Source: Amoebidium appalachense (Eukaryota; Protista; Ichthyosporea). From it: a stretch of DNA of 64,000 nucleotides. Each line of letters begins with the position of its first letter. Position 1 is the stretch's first letter. The notes beneath the pieces were generated by a model. The model worked only from the letters and a program-made list of their open reading frames with translations. It was not told where the DNA came from and did not search any database. Location of the stretch: contig CAVNZM010000005.1 of NCBI GenBank assembly GCA_963693365.1, positions 6,885,888 through 6,949,887 of the forward strand, given 5' to 3'. The position numbers were made by a program, and so were the translations under genes. Shown here piece after piece: positions 18,425 through 53,673 of the stretch.

Positions 18425-18954
18425 GGGTGTGTCAAATTCAGAACAAATAAAAAACTTCGCTGTGGGCCACAATGGTGTCAATTATAGGCAAACACAGACA
18501 CAAACATTGATATAGAAACATCTCGAGTACGAGTGCACAAAACACGCCACTTGCTAAAAAGGAGCACCCCCCCCCCCCCCCCCCCCCCCCCGCCCCCCCT
18601 TCCCACCTTCCCATGTACACCCCAATCACCCACCCCACCCTTGCCCCCGACCAACCCGTATTGAACAGAACAAGTATAGAAACAAACAATCATATAGAGC
18701 ATACACGTTTACGAGAATGTGCCCGACCTGCACGGAACCACCAAAAATGCTACTGTAACACTTTATAGAATGGTAAGAAATCACGTGTAGCTTAATACAC
18801 ATGCCACATGTGTGCCTGTGTCTGCACTTGTGTGCTCACACATCAACAGCCACTTCGTGCTTGTGTGTGGGCATGTGTGTTCAGGTACGCGGACAGGTGC
18901 ATATAGGACCATGGTTGTGTAGGTGTAGGTGTACGTGTGTGTGTGCGTGCGCAC

Positions 18955-19021
<67 letters not shown>

Positions 19022-19290
19022 TACGTGTGTACGTGTGTATGTATGTGTGTGTGTGTATGTATGTGAGTGAGTGAGTGAGTGAGGTAGTGTGTGTACGTGT
19101 GTGTACGTGTGTGTGTGTGTGTGCACGTGTACCCACCTGGTCATCTGCACCAGACACGGCAATCACAGAGTCCTCCGTCGGATGCCATTCGACTGATGTG
19201 ATGGGTGCCGTGTGCCACTTGAACGTGGCTACGGGCTCGGGCTTGCCGCTGTGTGAAGGTGTGGGTGTGGGTGTATGTGTATGTGTGTGT

Positions 19291-19321
<31 letters not shown>

Positions 19322-20205
19322 GGGGGGGGGGGGAGGGGGGGGGGGAGGGGGGAGGGGAGGGGGGCATGTTTATTCGGTGTGTGTTAGCCTTCCTGGGTAT
19401 GATAGATTTTCTATGCACGATGTCATCTGCCGGTAGTTTGGTAATTTGAAGGGGGCTTCTTAAATGGCCAATTTTAAGGCCCTTGCGGGTCAGACCAGGA
19501 TGCTGTTTGATGCGCATCTGACAAATCATAAACTGCAAATCTCTTCTGGCTGACCCGACCTGAAATTCCTAAAAGAAACCCCCTTTAAACATGACACCCA
19601 TGTCCCTGTTCTCACACAACAGTCCGATCCACCGGCATCATAGTGCTCAACTTCCGAGCCACATATTTTCATTCCGGGCCTCCCTTTCACGTGAGCTCAC
19701 AAGGATATATGCACGTGTGGTTCAAAAGAAAAAGAAAAAACCAAGGGAATACATTGTGGGTGAATTGGTACCGAGCCAATATGCCATTAACTGTGTTAAA
19801 GCGAGTTTTACACGTGCATATACCCTCGTGCGCTCAGGTGAAGGAAGAAGCTTAGAGAAGAGAAGAGGAGGGGAGATGTAGAAAAGTACAATCCCACGGA
19901 AGAGCTGAAAGCAATATCCAACGATGGAAAGAGCAGAGGTGGCAGTAGCCGTCCCAGCGTGGGGAGGGTTGGGGGTTGGGGGGGAGAGGGGGGGGGGGGG
20001 GGGGGGGGGGGGGGAGCGAAGGGGGGTATGAGTGGGGGATGCTTTACTGGGAGTATAAAAAAAACGCATTCACGACAGAGAACACAATAAAGAAGTTGCA
20101 GAGCACACACACACAACAGGGACAGTGTGTTCGTGTGTGTGTGTGTGTATGTGTGTGTGTGTGTGTGTATGTGTGTGTGTGTGTGTGTATGTGTGTGTGT
20201 GTGCC

Positions 20206-20241
<36 letters not shown>

Positions 20242-20326
20242 GGGGGGGGTTACCTGGGGAACATCCTGAGGTCCCAAACCTTGATGACACCGTCATCACC
20301 ACCAGAAACCAACAGATAGTTGACGG

Positions 20327-20374
<48 letters not shown>

Positions 20375-20526
20375 ATGGGGGGGTTGGGGGCGGAACATGA
20401 ATGAATGGTCAGCATTATATTTTGCAGCTCGTGTTGATTTGAAAAGGGTAGGAGGAGGAGGAGGAGGAGGAGGAGGAGGAGGAGGAGGAGGAGGGAAGGA
20501 GGAGGAGGAGGAGAGGGGGCGGGGGG

Positions 20527-20561
<35 letters not shown>

Positions 20562-20664
20562 GGGGGTTAAACGACAGGGACGGAGAGAATTGGAGCTCAA
20601 ACGTGCAGTGAAATGGTTGGAAAAATTTCTTCCTTTAGCCCCAGATTGTGGCCACACCCACAAA

Positions 20665-20720
<56 letters not shown>

Positions 20721-21357
20721 ACACCACACACCACCCTCCCACCCACAAAACCCACCCACACAAAAAAAAAGATAACAGAACCTGTGGCATAACGTACGAT
20801 CCTCCCTTAGAAATAACCACATCTAACCCACTCATTATTCGCAGTCCATTCGTCACGATACCACACACACGGACACGGACTCGAACACAAATACAAACAC
20901 ACACACACACATCTCTCTCTTCCCATTTTCTTACATACTGGTAAACGCATAGACGAATAAAGACACACACACGACACACACACACACACACACACACAAA
21001 TCCGTAAACAAACATGCACACTGAAAATTCTAACACCCCTCTCCTCTCCCCTCCCTGTAAGGCACAGACAAACACTCGGGACAAGCACATCCCCCTCCCC
21101 CCCTCCCCTCCCCCCCCCCCTCCCAAAAAAAAAAAAAAAAAAAAAAAAGAAAAACAAACAAACAAACAAACACATAGACAAAACACACACAGGCACACAC
21201 CACACACACACACACACAGACACACACACACGCGCACACACCTGTTCCAGTTGATGACGTTTACATCCCCGTCGTGTGCTGTGACGGTCAGGGCCGGTGC
21301 CTGCCTCTTTCGTGCGTCCCAGATGCGGATGGTCTTGTCCACACTGCACGAGGCAAA

Positions 21358-21427
<70 letters not shown>

Positions 21428-21576
21428 CGTCTATGTGTGTGTGTGTGTGTGAGCGAGTGAGTGAGTGAGCGAGCGAGTGAGTGAGTGAGTGAGTGTGTGT
21501 GTGCTGTGTGAGCGAGTGCCTGTGTTTGGGTTTACTTTTTATTTTTCATCATTCTTTTTCCCTTTTTTCCTTTTTT

Positions 21577-21611
<35 letters not shown>

Positions 21612-21671
21612 CTCCCTTTTTTTTTGGTGGTGGTGGTGGAGGAACGGGAGAGGGGGAAGGGAGAAGGGGAA

Positions 21672-21709
<38 letters not shown>

Positions 21710-22544
21710 TGTTATCATTCGGTTTGGTAGAACGTGAAGGTGAAATCCGGTGGTAGAAGTGTGCATGTCTCCATATAAATTTGTGGAACACAAATACGAA
21801 ACCATTACCCCCTCCTCCCCCCGTGCGTCCCTACCCCGTTCCCTCATACAACACATTCCCATCACCCCTCCCCAACCGACACTATGCATCCCCGTTTCTG
21901 GTCCCCCCTCTCTCCTCAGCCCCTCCCTCCCCCCATCCCCCCACCTCCTCCCATCCCTTCCCCTCTCCCCCCCTCCCCCCCCCCTTCCTCCCCTGCCCCC
22001 TCCCTCCCTCCTTCCCAACCCCCCCTCCTCTCCCTTCCCCCCCTCCCTCCCCTCCTTCTTCCCCTTCCCCCTCCCCTCTCTCCCAACATAACAAAAGAAA
22101 AACCCCCACGCACGCACACACACACGTACGTTAGCCTCCGAGGGACTCCACTGTATGTCCTCCACGCTAGCCTCATGGCCGTTGTAGGGCACCTTGTTCA
22201 CGGCCCAGCTGCCTGCCTCCGTGGGGTCCCACACGTAGATGTGCTTGCGGCAGTCACCACTGGCAAACCTGGTGGGCCAAATGCGTTATAACTAGAGCAG
22301 GTGTTCTGTTTACAGAACAGGTCTTGGTTGTTTCATTGATAGGACCGGGCATACCACTAATAGAACAGGCAATCGTCGCTTGCGGATAACACGGGTTCAA
22401 CAGACATGGCCGTTATTGCTATCACCTATACCATCTGGCAATCACATACATACGCCAAACATGCAACACCCCCCCCCCCCCCCCCTTCCCCCGTCCCCCC
22501 ATTCAGCAAGAATGCCTGTGCCGTTCTCAACCCGTCGAACCCCC

Positions 22545-22575
<31 letters not shown>

Positions 22576-22680
22576 CACCCATCCGTCCCCTGCCTGTCTG
22601 CCTACACCAAAATGCAAGGATGGAGGGCATTATAACTGCTTGACGTGTGCCTGTGCAAGTAGTGAGGGGAAGGTGTGTGT

Positions 22681-22711
<31 letters not shown>

Positions 22712-22734
22712 GGGAGGGGGAGAGAGAGAGAGAG

Positions 22735-22765
<31 letters not shown>

Positions 22766-22934
22766 GGAGAGAGGGGGGCTCAAGCTACCTGCCGGGAACT
22801 TTCGGGGACCAATCAAGAGCAAAACCTTCGGTGCCGTGGCCCGAAAATGTGTAAAGGGGGTCCATGGTGCTGGAGGGAGGGGCTGCTGGAGGGGTGTCCA
22901 GGGCGGCAACGTGTGCGCTAACATCGTACATGCT

Positions 22935-23004
<70 letters not shown>

Positions 23005-24309
23005 CGAGTGTCAATGAGAAATGACAAAGTTAGGTCCAGAACAGGCAGAGAGAATAGTTTTCAAAGCAAGAGACCACACAAGGGCCCGGAGCCTGTGATT
23101 CACGTGTATGCAAATGCGTACGTGCGGTTAAAGGTATGTGTGTTTGTGCAAGCATTTCCGTGCATATGCACACATGTAAATGTAAACATGTGTTTATATG
23201 TGATTATGTAGGTACGTGTGTTCAGTGTATGTGAGCATAAAGAATGGTTTAGGTGGTTATGTAGGCACAAGATGTGTTCGTGCGCACATGTGTATGTGTG
23301 CATGTAAGTATGCATGTAGGTGTACATTTTCATCTGCGCGCACGTATATACGTGTCCATATAGGGGTTTGTATAGGCGTACATACACACACATGCGCCTG
23401 AAAAATATTAACATACAGCACCGAAACGCATGCATACACGTGCACATATTGTACACGGTCACATGCCCATATGCACGGCACCCACCCCTTGCCCATGCTG
23501 CCACCATCCCAGCATTTGTAAGGGTTGACCCTAGCCCTGTTGAAGCCCCCCTCCCCCCCCCCCCCCCCCTCCCCCCTCCTCCCCCCCCCCCCTAAAAAAA
23601 AAGCACACACGCACGTTAATCACGCACACGCACACGCACACGCACACCAACACCCACACACCGTCATTTTCACACACAACTTGCCCGTATCGGCCCAGAC
23701 AGCCACTATCCCAGCATCGTGGGGTTATCCCTAACCCTCTTTACCCCCCTGCCCCCCTCCCCCCAGCCTCCCTCCCCCCTCTCCGGTCCCCAAAACACCC
23801 ACGTGCCCGTCTACTCACATAAATAAACCCGCATATACACGTCCACACACACCTTGCCTGTATCTGCCCAGACAGCCACCATGCCAGCGTTGTGGGGGTT
23901 AACCCTGACCCTCTCCCCCACCCCCCCCCAAAAAAAAAGTCTCTCGCGTACACATCCACATCCATTTTCATACGTACCTTGCCCGTATCTGCCCACACGG
24001 CCACTATGCCTGCATTGTGGGGGTTAACCCTGACCCTGTTAACCCCGCCATAGTGTTTGATGTATCTCGTCTCCAGCAGAGGGTCATCGTCAGTGGCCTC
24101 TTCGTCACTCTCCTCCCCGTCTGTACGTGCGCGTGATGTTGGTTCATGAGCATCAAAATACCCCCCCCCCCCCCCCCCCCCCCCCCCGGGGCCCCCCTTC
24201 CTCCCCAAAATATGAACCCCCCCTCCCCCCTCGCCTCCCCACCCCGGGCACTCTCGCTCTTCCCCACCGAACCTCCCTACATACACACGCACACCCCTTC
24301 CACCCCCAG

Positions 24310-24353
<44 letters not shown>

Positions 24354-24669
24354 CCGCGGGGCGTACCCCCTTTATCTCCATCTCCCCTTCCCCCCCTCCC
24401 CCTCTCTCCCGTCCCAACGCACACATACACACGGCCCCACTCTCCAGGACATGAACATGGGAGAACAGAGCCAGGGGGGAGACTAGAGGACGGAGAGGGC
24501 GGGGGAGGGGGGAGGGATACACCAAGAGACCAACCGGTTGTTGCGAAAAATGCAGTTGACCCCCCCCCCCCCCCCCTCCCCCCAAACACACACACATCCC
24601 TCCCCTTCTCACACCCCCACCCGTACACCGACACAACAACCTGCCTTTATGTCAGTCGTACAACCATAA

Positions 24670-24700
<31 letters not shown>

Positions 24701-25087
24701 CTTCCTACTCTCATGCCTCTCTCTCCGCTCCAATGGCTAGCCCAGGCCCTACCCTTCAAACCCCCCCCACCCTCCTCCACCCCCACACACTACCTCCCCT
24801 GCGCGCTCCCTCAATCCTCTCTCTCTCTCTCTCTCCCTCCCTCCCCCTCCCCTCTCTCCCCCCATAGGCATAGAAATGAGGAGCCATCCCCCTTACCGCT
24901 ATTGTCGTCAAACATCGTTTTGTGCATTTGCGACATTTTGAGAAGAAGAAGTTTGTTGTTTGGCGCCTTGTCTGCCTGTGTGCCTGCAACTGCATACATC
25001 GTCATGGGGAACTGTGTGCGTGTGTGCGTGTGCGTGTGTGTGTACGTGTGTGTGTGTGTGTACGTGTGTGTGTACGTGTGCGTGTGT

Positions 25088-25154
<67 letters not shown>

Positions 25155-28100
25155 TGTGTGTGTGAATTTGTGTTTGTGTGTGGGCTGTGTGTGTGTGTGC
25201 GCGCGCGTGCATACGTGTGTTAACGTGTGCATGTGGGTGGACAGTGTGGATGCAAGAGTGAGAAAGGAGAGGGGCGGAGGGGGGAGAGGGAGAGAGTGAG
25301 AGGGAGAGAGAGAGAGAGATAGAGAGAGAAAGAGAGAGAGAACGAGACGGGCGGGGGGGGCAGGGGGAAGGGGAGAGGGAGAGAGAGCGAGAGAGAGAAC
25401 GAGAAGGGGGGGAGGAAGGGGAGTGTATGTGTATGTAAGCGAGCGTGTGTGTGTTGTGTGTGTGTGTGTATGTGTGTGTGTGTGCGCGACAGCATATGTG
25501 CGTGTGTGTCACAGCACGTGCATATTGATTAGCGGCCGCGGTTGCGGTAGAAAAGAGAAAGAAGAAGTTGAAGCCGGTTAGTTCCTATACCAACACCGGA
25601 TCATTTGCACAATGTCTCTGGGTGATTGTCGTGTGCGAAGAAAAGGAAAAAGGGGGGGAAAGGCACATGGGGGGGGAAAGGGGTGTTACAGTACAAAACA
25701 CAACCCTCCCCTTCTTCCCCCCCCCCCCCCCCCCCCCCCCCCCACACGGCTCATAGTACCCCAGAGCACCACCCACCATCAGTGTGCATTTGTTACTCAA
25801 ATGCCAACCCGAACCGGTTCATCTTGCTGCCCGCCCGCCCCCCCCCCCTCTCCTTCCCCCCCTCGCCCCCCCCCCCCCTTTCCCCTCCATAACAACTTCT
25901 ATCCATCTTAGCACGCCCCAGCTCTTCCCCCTCCTCCCCCACTTCACTCTCACACCTCTCACCTTCATCCTTCCATTCTCCACATCTCGTTTTCAGACTA
26001 CCACAACCCCTTCAAATCCCCTCCCCCCTTCCCCACCACTACTATCCCCTTCCCCTTCAACTACCCCCCATCCCTCCTTCTCCCCTCCATCTTTCCCCGT
26101 ACCCACACCCCGTGGGTTCATCTCCCTCTCTCCTCTCCCTCCATTTACCTCCCGACCCATCACATCCCACCCCTCCTCCCACCCCCCCGTAACTCCGCCC
26201 ACCCACCCACCCACACCTACACATACCCTCCCACACCCCTCGTTTCCCCCCCCTCCCATCCCTTTACTGTGCCCATCCCCCCCCCCCCCCCCTCCCCCCA
26301 CCCATCCCCTCCCCCCACCCCCCAAAAAACCCCCTCCCCCCTCCCCCCCTCCACCCCCCCTGTCCCAAACACACACATCAGGCCCCCCTCCCTCTCCCCC
26401 CCACACACACCCACCTTCTCCCTGTTGTCGCCCAGCAGGTCAGGGATGATATCAAACGACAGGCACGGCCACTCCACGTTGATCGAGTGCAGCATGTGGT
26501 ATGCGCTCTGGTTTGCCTCCAATACCTCCCCCTCCTCCAGTTTGTCACCAGGCAGATACGCCCTCACCTCTACTCCCTCCTCCGCTCCGTCATCCATCAT
26601 CTCTGAGGTGGAAAAAGGGAAAAAGAGAGAGTGAGAGAAAGAAGGAATGAAAAGAGTATAGAAAAAAAAAACGAAAAGGAAAAAAAAGGGGAGGAATCAG
26701 CCATGTGTGCTCATCAACACTGCCTCCACTCCCTCTTCCCCTTCTTTCCCCTCATCCCCCCCCCCCCCCCCCGGCCCCTCCACAGCTCCGCCCCCCCTCC
26801 CCCCGCCCGTTCACAGCCCCCGCCCCCCTCCCCCTCCCCCCGCCCCCCCGGCAACACCCTCTGCCTCCCCCCAGGTAACAGAAACAGGTTAGAAAAGAAA
26901 ACACCAACTGCCTGGTGAGCTTTTGTTTGGTGGCCCTCCCTCCCATCCTACCCCCCTCTCTCCCCCATCCCCCCCACACACACGCCCCATCCCTCCTCCC
27001 GCTTTGGTGCATCAACCACCCTCCCATACAGCTTTAAAGAGGGTAGAACTCGTGCCAATAATGACTCCAACCTTCTCCCCCCCTCCCCCCCCCCCCCCCC
27101 ACTTTGTTTTTTAAAGATGACCGAACCCTGTCCCCTCCTCCCCCTCCCGGTTTGCCCTGTCTTCATCCCTTCCTTCCCCTTCCCTCCCCCCAACCCCTTC
27201 TCCCCCACCCCACCCTCACCGCCACACACGTACATACGTAACACACCCTACACAACCCCCTGCCACCACACCTGCTCTAACACTTGAACCCACCTGTGTC
27301 CTCATCCTCCCCCTCCTCACCATCTGCCTCTCCCATCTCTGCGTCCTCCTCCTCAAACTCATCCTCCCATGGGTCCTCGAACTCACCCATCTCCCCATCC
27401 ACTACTCCCCCGCCTGCGAATGACCGTCAGTGTGTGTGTGTGTGTGTGCGTGTGTGTGCGCGCGAGAAAGGCGGAGGAGGGGCCGGCGGGAGGATGTGTG
27501 TTTTTGTGTGTGTGGGGGGGGGAGAGAGGGTTTGTGTGTGTGTGTGTGTGTGTGTGTGCACGCGTGTGTGCGTGTATGTTTGTGTGTGTGTTAGTGTGTT
27601 AGTGTGTGTGTGAGTGTGTGAGTGAGTGAGTGAGTGAGTGAGTGTGTGTGTGTGTGTGTGTGTTTGTGTGTGCGTGTACGTGTGCGCGAATGCACGCACG
27701 TGTGTGTACAACTGGCGCACCTGACTCCACGTTCCTAAACAATAAACATAGGGAAAAAACACACCAATTAACACGAGCACACGTCACAAGTATTCACACG
27801 AACGTAGATTATTATGAAACGTGAAATAGAAGTAGAGCGCTCACGTGTTACTTCATGTGAAACACCCCATACACACATCATAGCGCCATATACATTCAAA
27901 AGGAGCAGGCACACAGAAGCACGCACACAAGCATGCACACAAGGACAACCACAACCAAACCTGCATGCTTACGTCCCAGAAACGTAATACAACACGTGCA
28001 CGTACACGTCTATCCATCTACGCGCCAAGCGCGCGCACATACACTCCTTGCCAGTCAACCACACAGACAATTGCCCAGTCATCGACCCACATTGTCCAGC

Positions 28101-28199
28101 ACACAACGACATGGATAGTCAAACCGCACACAGAAACCGCAAACACGTACCCTTGACGGGGCGCTCGTGCTCCTCCTCTTCAATTATGCGCTTGCTCAT
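17324..28199 (-). CDS. GRWD1: Glutamate-rich WD40 repeat protein 1 (RRB1, ribosome assembly); exons 28199-28151, 27413-27294, 26602-26415, 25011-24897, 24120-23978, 22937-22789, 22268-22130, 21360-21242, 20328-20254, 19248-19137, 18369-18274, 17428-17324
   Basis: Diagnostic motifs [115 protein letters not shown] and C-terminal [10 protein letters not shown]. All 11 introns are GT-AG and in phase. Confidence 0.96.
19446..19588. mobile_element. Degenerate MITE in GRWD1 intron 9 (AGGGGG...CCCCCT ends, TTGA/TTAA flanks; Kolobok-like)
   Basis: Left ttgaAGGGGGCTTCTT...CGGGTCAG versus right CTGACCCG...AAGAAACCCCCTttaa forms an imperfect inverted repeat. Confidence 0.5.
23491..23912 (-). repeat. Three tandem degenerate copies of the 3' 60 nt of GRWD1 exon 5 in intron 5 (23853-23912, 23680-23738, ~23491-23541)
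   Basis: Exon reads [20 protein letters not shown]. Copy 1 reads [20 protein letters not shown]|GT; copies 2 and 3 carry 1-nt indels. Confidence 0.9.
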
Positions 28200-29562
28200 T
28201 TTCCCTGTTTGTGCTTTACGCAGGCACTGCTTGAGTCTACTAAATAATTTCTAGTTGTGACCGTTCGCCTATACTTGCTATGCGCCTACGCGTACGTCCA
28301 AAGTGACGAGCCTGTGCACACGTGCACAGGAAGAGTCAGGCACACTCGTCACCTAGATCACCATATTTTTACTGAGCCCCAAATTTGCACATATTCGGTA
28401 CGACTCATATTACTAGGGTGGGCTGAAAACTGTTGAGCCCCATCAGTTGTAATCAGGGGGGTCTAGTGGTGCCATTTTAACCAATCACATTTTACCGGCC
28501 CAGAGAGACTGGAGAGTCGCTATTGGGGGGGGGGGGGGGGGCTTCACAGCTGGCAGCCAGCGGGCCATAGCTCACTGACATGCTGCACAGAGCTTGAAAT
28601 AGGCTAATGTTTTGAAAAAACAAAAAACAAGCCTTTGCACACTTGTATGTGATTATACTTTATTTCTGGTTGTAGCTGCCTCACTTGGAGTCCGGCAGTA
28701 CTATCTAATTGTTTTTGAACATGATGGCGACAGCAGCTGGCCGTAGCCTGGCATAACAAGTACAATAGGCTGCTCTTTTTAAGGACCAGTGCGGTACTGT
28801 ACTGAGCTCAGGAGGATTCGAGGCTTCGGCGGTTTTGAAACGGCAAACCGTTAAACTATTATTACCGTTACACGGGCCTGACATTTGCCTGATCAATTGA
28901 ATTGTGTTGCGGGGGCTTATGCATAGATATGCAAGACAGTTTATGCACCGGAAAGATCAATGGTGGACAGCCAGTGGGCTGATCCAAGTGTTCAAAGAAG
29001 TTACATAGGGAAAGCCAAGTGGATTATATGGGGCATATTACACCCCACAAACTGCAAACACAAGTCAGGTAGTGGCAACACACCGCATGATGCCCAAGAA
29101 GGCTGTGTTGTAATGAACTGCACATTTCTGCTAATGATCAAGCTGAAGTGTTTGTGAAACTGTGGGACGCGGGCCGCCAGGCCGTGCCGGCTACAACTGC
29201 GCATCCTGTCTTCACTATAATGGTGGTGATAGGAAAGTCGTATTCTGAGTGTGTGTGTGTGGGGGGGGGGGGGGGGGGGGGGGGGGAGGGAGGGCGGAAA
29301 AGATGGACGAGACACACAGACTGAGAGAGCAGAGAACATTCATTAATGGGTCATGGTAGCGGCACAGGGCCCCCATGCTACGTCACCAGGGCTATTCATA
29401 TCAGCAGCACTGTACAGGTCATCTTAATATTTCTGCCCCCACCCACCGGGCAGTTACGCCACGGCCGAGCAGGAACATATGCAAAGCCACAAGCAGTTTC
29501 CGGTTGCAAAACTGCAGCAGCCATGCGCTGTGACACTCATTTTTTGAGTAAAACAGAATAAC

Positions 29563-31238
29563 TTAGACCTTCTCCTCCTTCACGCCATCCTTGAAGAAGA
29601 TGAAGAAGGGGGTGATGCCGTCATCGCGGTAGTTCATGAGGACCACCATGCCCTCGGGGTTCATGCTCTCACCCGTGAAGAACTGGTAGTCACCGAAGTT
29701 GCCCAGAATCTTCTTAACCACGGGCTGAATACCCTTCATGAAGGGGTCCACACGGTCGGGCTTCTTCTCAGACAGGTAGGTCTTGAGCGACTTCATGTAG
29801 TCCTGCACAAAGGTGTATTAGCCCACCAGATTCTCCGCCACGCCCATGAATTTTCGCGCAAGTGCTGTACTGTCAGGAAAGTGCTGATGCTGACATCTTC
29901 CCCCCCCCCCCCCTCATAGAGAAACTACGATGCCTCCCTCCACACGAGTACACAGTGCCCTAACAGAAACACCACAACACAAAACACTGGGTGACAGACT
30001 AGGTTTAGCAGCCCAAGTGTGGCCTTGTAACATATCACTCTAAACCAGCCCCATTGAACCTTTCACAATCCAAGGCGCCAACCGTTCCCCTCCCGCCCCC
30101 CAAAAAAACGATACGCCCCTTCCGCACCCCCGTGCCATAACTCCGCCGACCACATCTGTACCCTCCCTCCACCCCAATCCGAGCACCTCCCGGCTCCAAA
30201 AATATCTAGAGGCACCCGTACCTTGATGTAGGCGGTGTAGGACTTCTTGTCATAGGGCACCTCCTGCAGCTGGTGGCTGTGCACGATGTTAATGACCTTG
30301 GCCACAGAGTCGGCGGCACCCTCGTCCTCACCACCCTCGGCGGAGGCGTTGCCACCGATGAGGGACTCATCAATGCCGCCGCCAACGTCGATCAAACGGC
30401 CGTCGACCTCATAGTACATATCATCGATGAGCTTGGGCTGCGGGGGGGAAGCAGTGTGAGACTCAAAGAAAAAAGAACAAGACACAAACCATTCGCCGCG
30501 CTCTTGCCGGCTCCGCCCCCCCCCCCCCCCCCCCCCCCCCCCCAAAAGGGGGGGAACACCATACAACACACACTCACCTCACACACAACACTTTTCAAGC
30601 GCCAACAATTCCCCAGATAGCGACACAAAGGAGCCCGTTATTCTTCTCTGACCAAGAATACTTTTCAAACCTCCTCACACGACCCTCATAACAAGACCCA
30701 AACCGTCACACACAACCCTCACAATGCCCACATAAGCACGCCAAGCCTTAACCACAAACAGTATGAGTGTGGTACACAGTTCCTCGCAAGTTCTATGCAA
30801 GCAAAAAAAAAAAAATAACGGGGGTAATTACCTCGTAGCTGTCACTGAACAGCTCGTCACCTGAGAGGGGGGGAAACGAGAGAAATTGGTTAGCACTACA
30901 ACTTGCCAGATTGATGTGGATATTTGAGTTGAACAACTGCTGCCGGATGTGTTCGATATTACCGTTAGCCGTAAACTGTGTGCTAATTAGAATGGACACC
31001 GTATGAATATCGCCCATAGCGACTGGAAGCGAAAAACCACAACAGGTACGCTATGTCCAGAGTCCGTATATGTGGGCTTTCAACCCTCATCGCACTAAGC
31101 TTTCAGTCACCCTGAAAGAAGGGAAGTTCTGCGCTAAGATGACTCCTAACATAAAACAGCAAGGATGGCTCGGATAACGAGTGGATGCAGCCGGATGGAA
31201 GCCGACTCACCGGTGATGACGTCCTTGTAGATGATCAT
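29563..31238 (-). CDS. TPT1: Translationally controlled tumour protein; exons 31238-31211, 30860-30832, 30437-30222, 29802-29563
   Basis: MIIYKDVITGDELFSDSY...LIGGNASAEG...VINIVHSHQLQE..YDKKSYTAYIKDYMK...YQFFTGESMNPEGMVVLMNYR..GITPFFIFFKDGVKEEKV; introns in phase. Confidence 0.98.
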
Positions 31239-32702
31239 TTTCGAAGGAATAAAAGGCGATAAGCGCAAACAATCGATGAAAGAGTGACACGGGAACGACG
31301 ATGCACGTGTACTGAAGCTGCCACCGGCGTTCCATGTTCTTTTATACGACACCGGAAAAAATGAAGGAAGAAACTTAAATCGGCTAACGATTGGACGACA
31401 AAATGATATCGCCGAATTCTTGCAACAGCAGTTCCTATTGCTTATTGATTCTGCATGCAACGCAGTGGTTTATAAATGTGAAATCTGTAGGTATTCGGCC
31501 AGCCCATGTCGGTTTTTCCTATTCTATAAAAATTGTGAACATTTTAGCCATAGAGCTCATTTTAATTTGTTATTGAGGATTGATGCATTAGTATTATACG
31601 AGCTCTTTAGGCCATGTGGGAAGTTCTGGCTACTAACAGCCATGACTCATTCATCTATAACAAAAATTTACATATGTTAACTGACCTTTTCTATTGGTAG
31701 AGTGTGCACCAGGCAGTAGAGCACCGCGCTCCAGCTCAAGCCATGACTTGCAGACCTCTCTACAGGCAAAAAAAAAAACGTTGACTGCGTTTTAGCTCGC
31801 GATCGCATATACACGTTTCGAGGAGAGGACACAGTAAAGGCATGGACTAGCGGCGTAGGTTTCTTTACTTTACAAAGACGACTGGCTGATGCGTCGACTT
31901 CGACTGTTGTGAAATTCGACGATGATCGATGCCGCTGGCCCGGGGTCGCGAGCTCGAGATCATAGAAGAAACATGCAGGCCCAAGATGGTAATGTAGATC
32001 TTTAAAATTCTCTTCCAAAAAATCTGATGCATTAGCCCACAGGGCCACTATTGGCAGTAGCTAGATAGTAGAAAATATATTCATAAAATGTCATTTGAAT
32101 GACTGCTTCCTATTCTGCGCGCTCCTACTAGCTACTAATTTTACATCAGCAATGTGTGCATTTTCACCTACAACTGCTATTATGCACCACCACCAACTTT
32201 ATCGTCATGGATATATACTCACAGCATCCGGAGCGGCAGCTGTGTTATATGTGCAAACCCGAACATGGTATATAGAATTAACAAACATGGAACCGTCCTA
32301 TATTCCTACTTTTCTTTTAGTTTTATATCATCTGACTGAGACGTCTGCATGTCGTTTGCTTGTTCTCAACATTAATATTTGCCAAATATTCGAAGCCAAA
32401 AAAACAAACAAAAAAAGAAGAAGAAGAAGAAATCGAAGGGGAAAAAAAAGAAGAAAGAAGGCCAGTATGTACGTGGGCCCAGTAATACCTCATACACCAC
32501 TGAGAAAGGATGCCTCCATTCCTACGGGGCTCCATTAGAATAAGACACAAAGTTCATTCTCATGCATATGCACACTTTCCCCATGCAAACTTGTTTAAAA
32601 TTACAGGATCTCGTCCACCTTATCCATACACACACACAAAAAAAAAGTCTCCGGGAGAAGATTGTTCGAAAAGGGGAGGACAAGTGTGAGGCCCTGTCTG
32701 TG

Positions 32703-32749
<47 letters not shown>

Positions 32750-32860
32750 GGGGAGGGGGAGGGATGAAAGCAAAGCAACGTGTATATATAATATAGCAAT
32801 ATTATCGGAAGCGGTGTTGACAGGCGAACCTACGGTGTCCCGTGTCAAATCGCATCCTAT

Positions 32861-53673
<20,813 letters not shown>

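Noticed and set aside
31677-32048. 123-aa ORF upstream of TCTP
   Set aside because: No recognisable motif or convincing splice structure.
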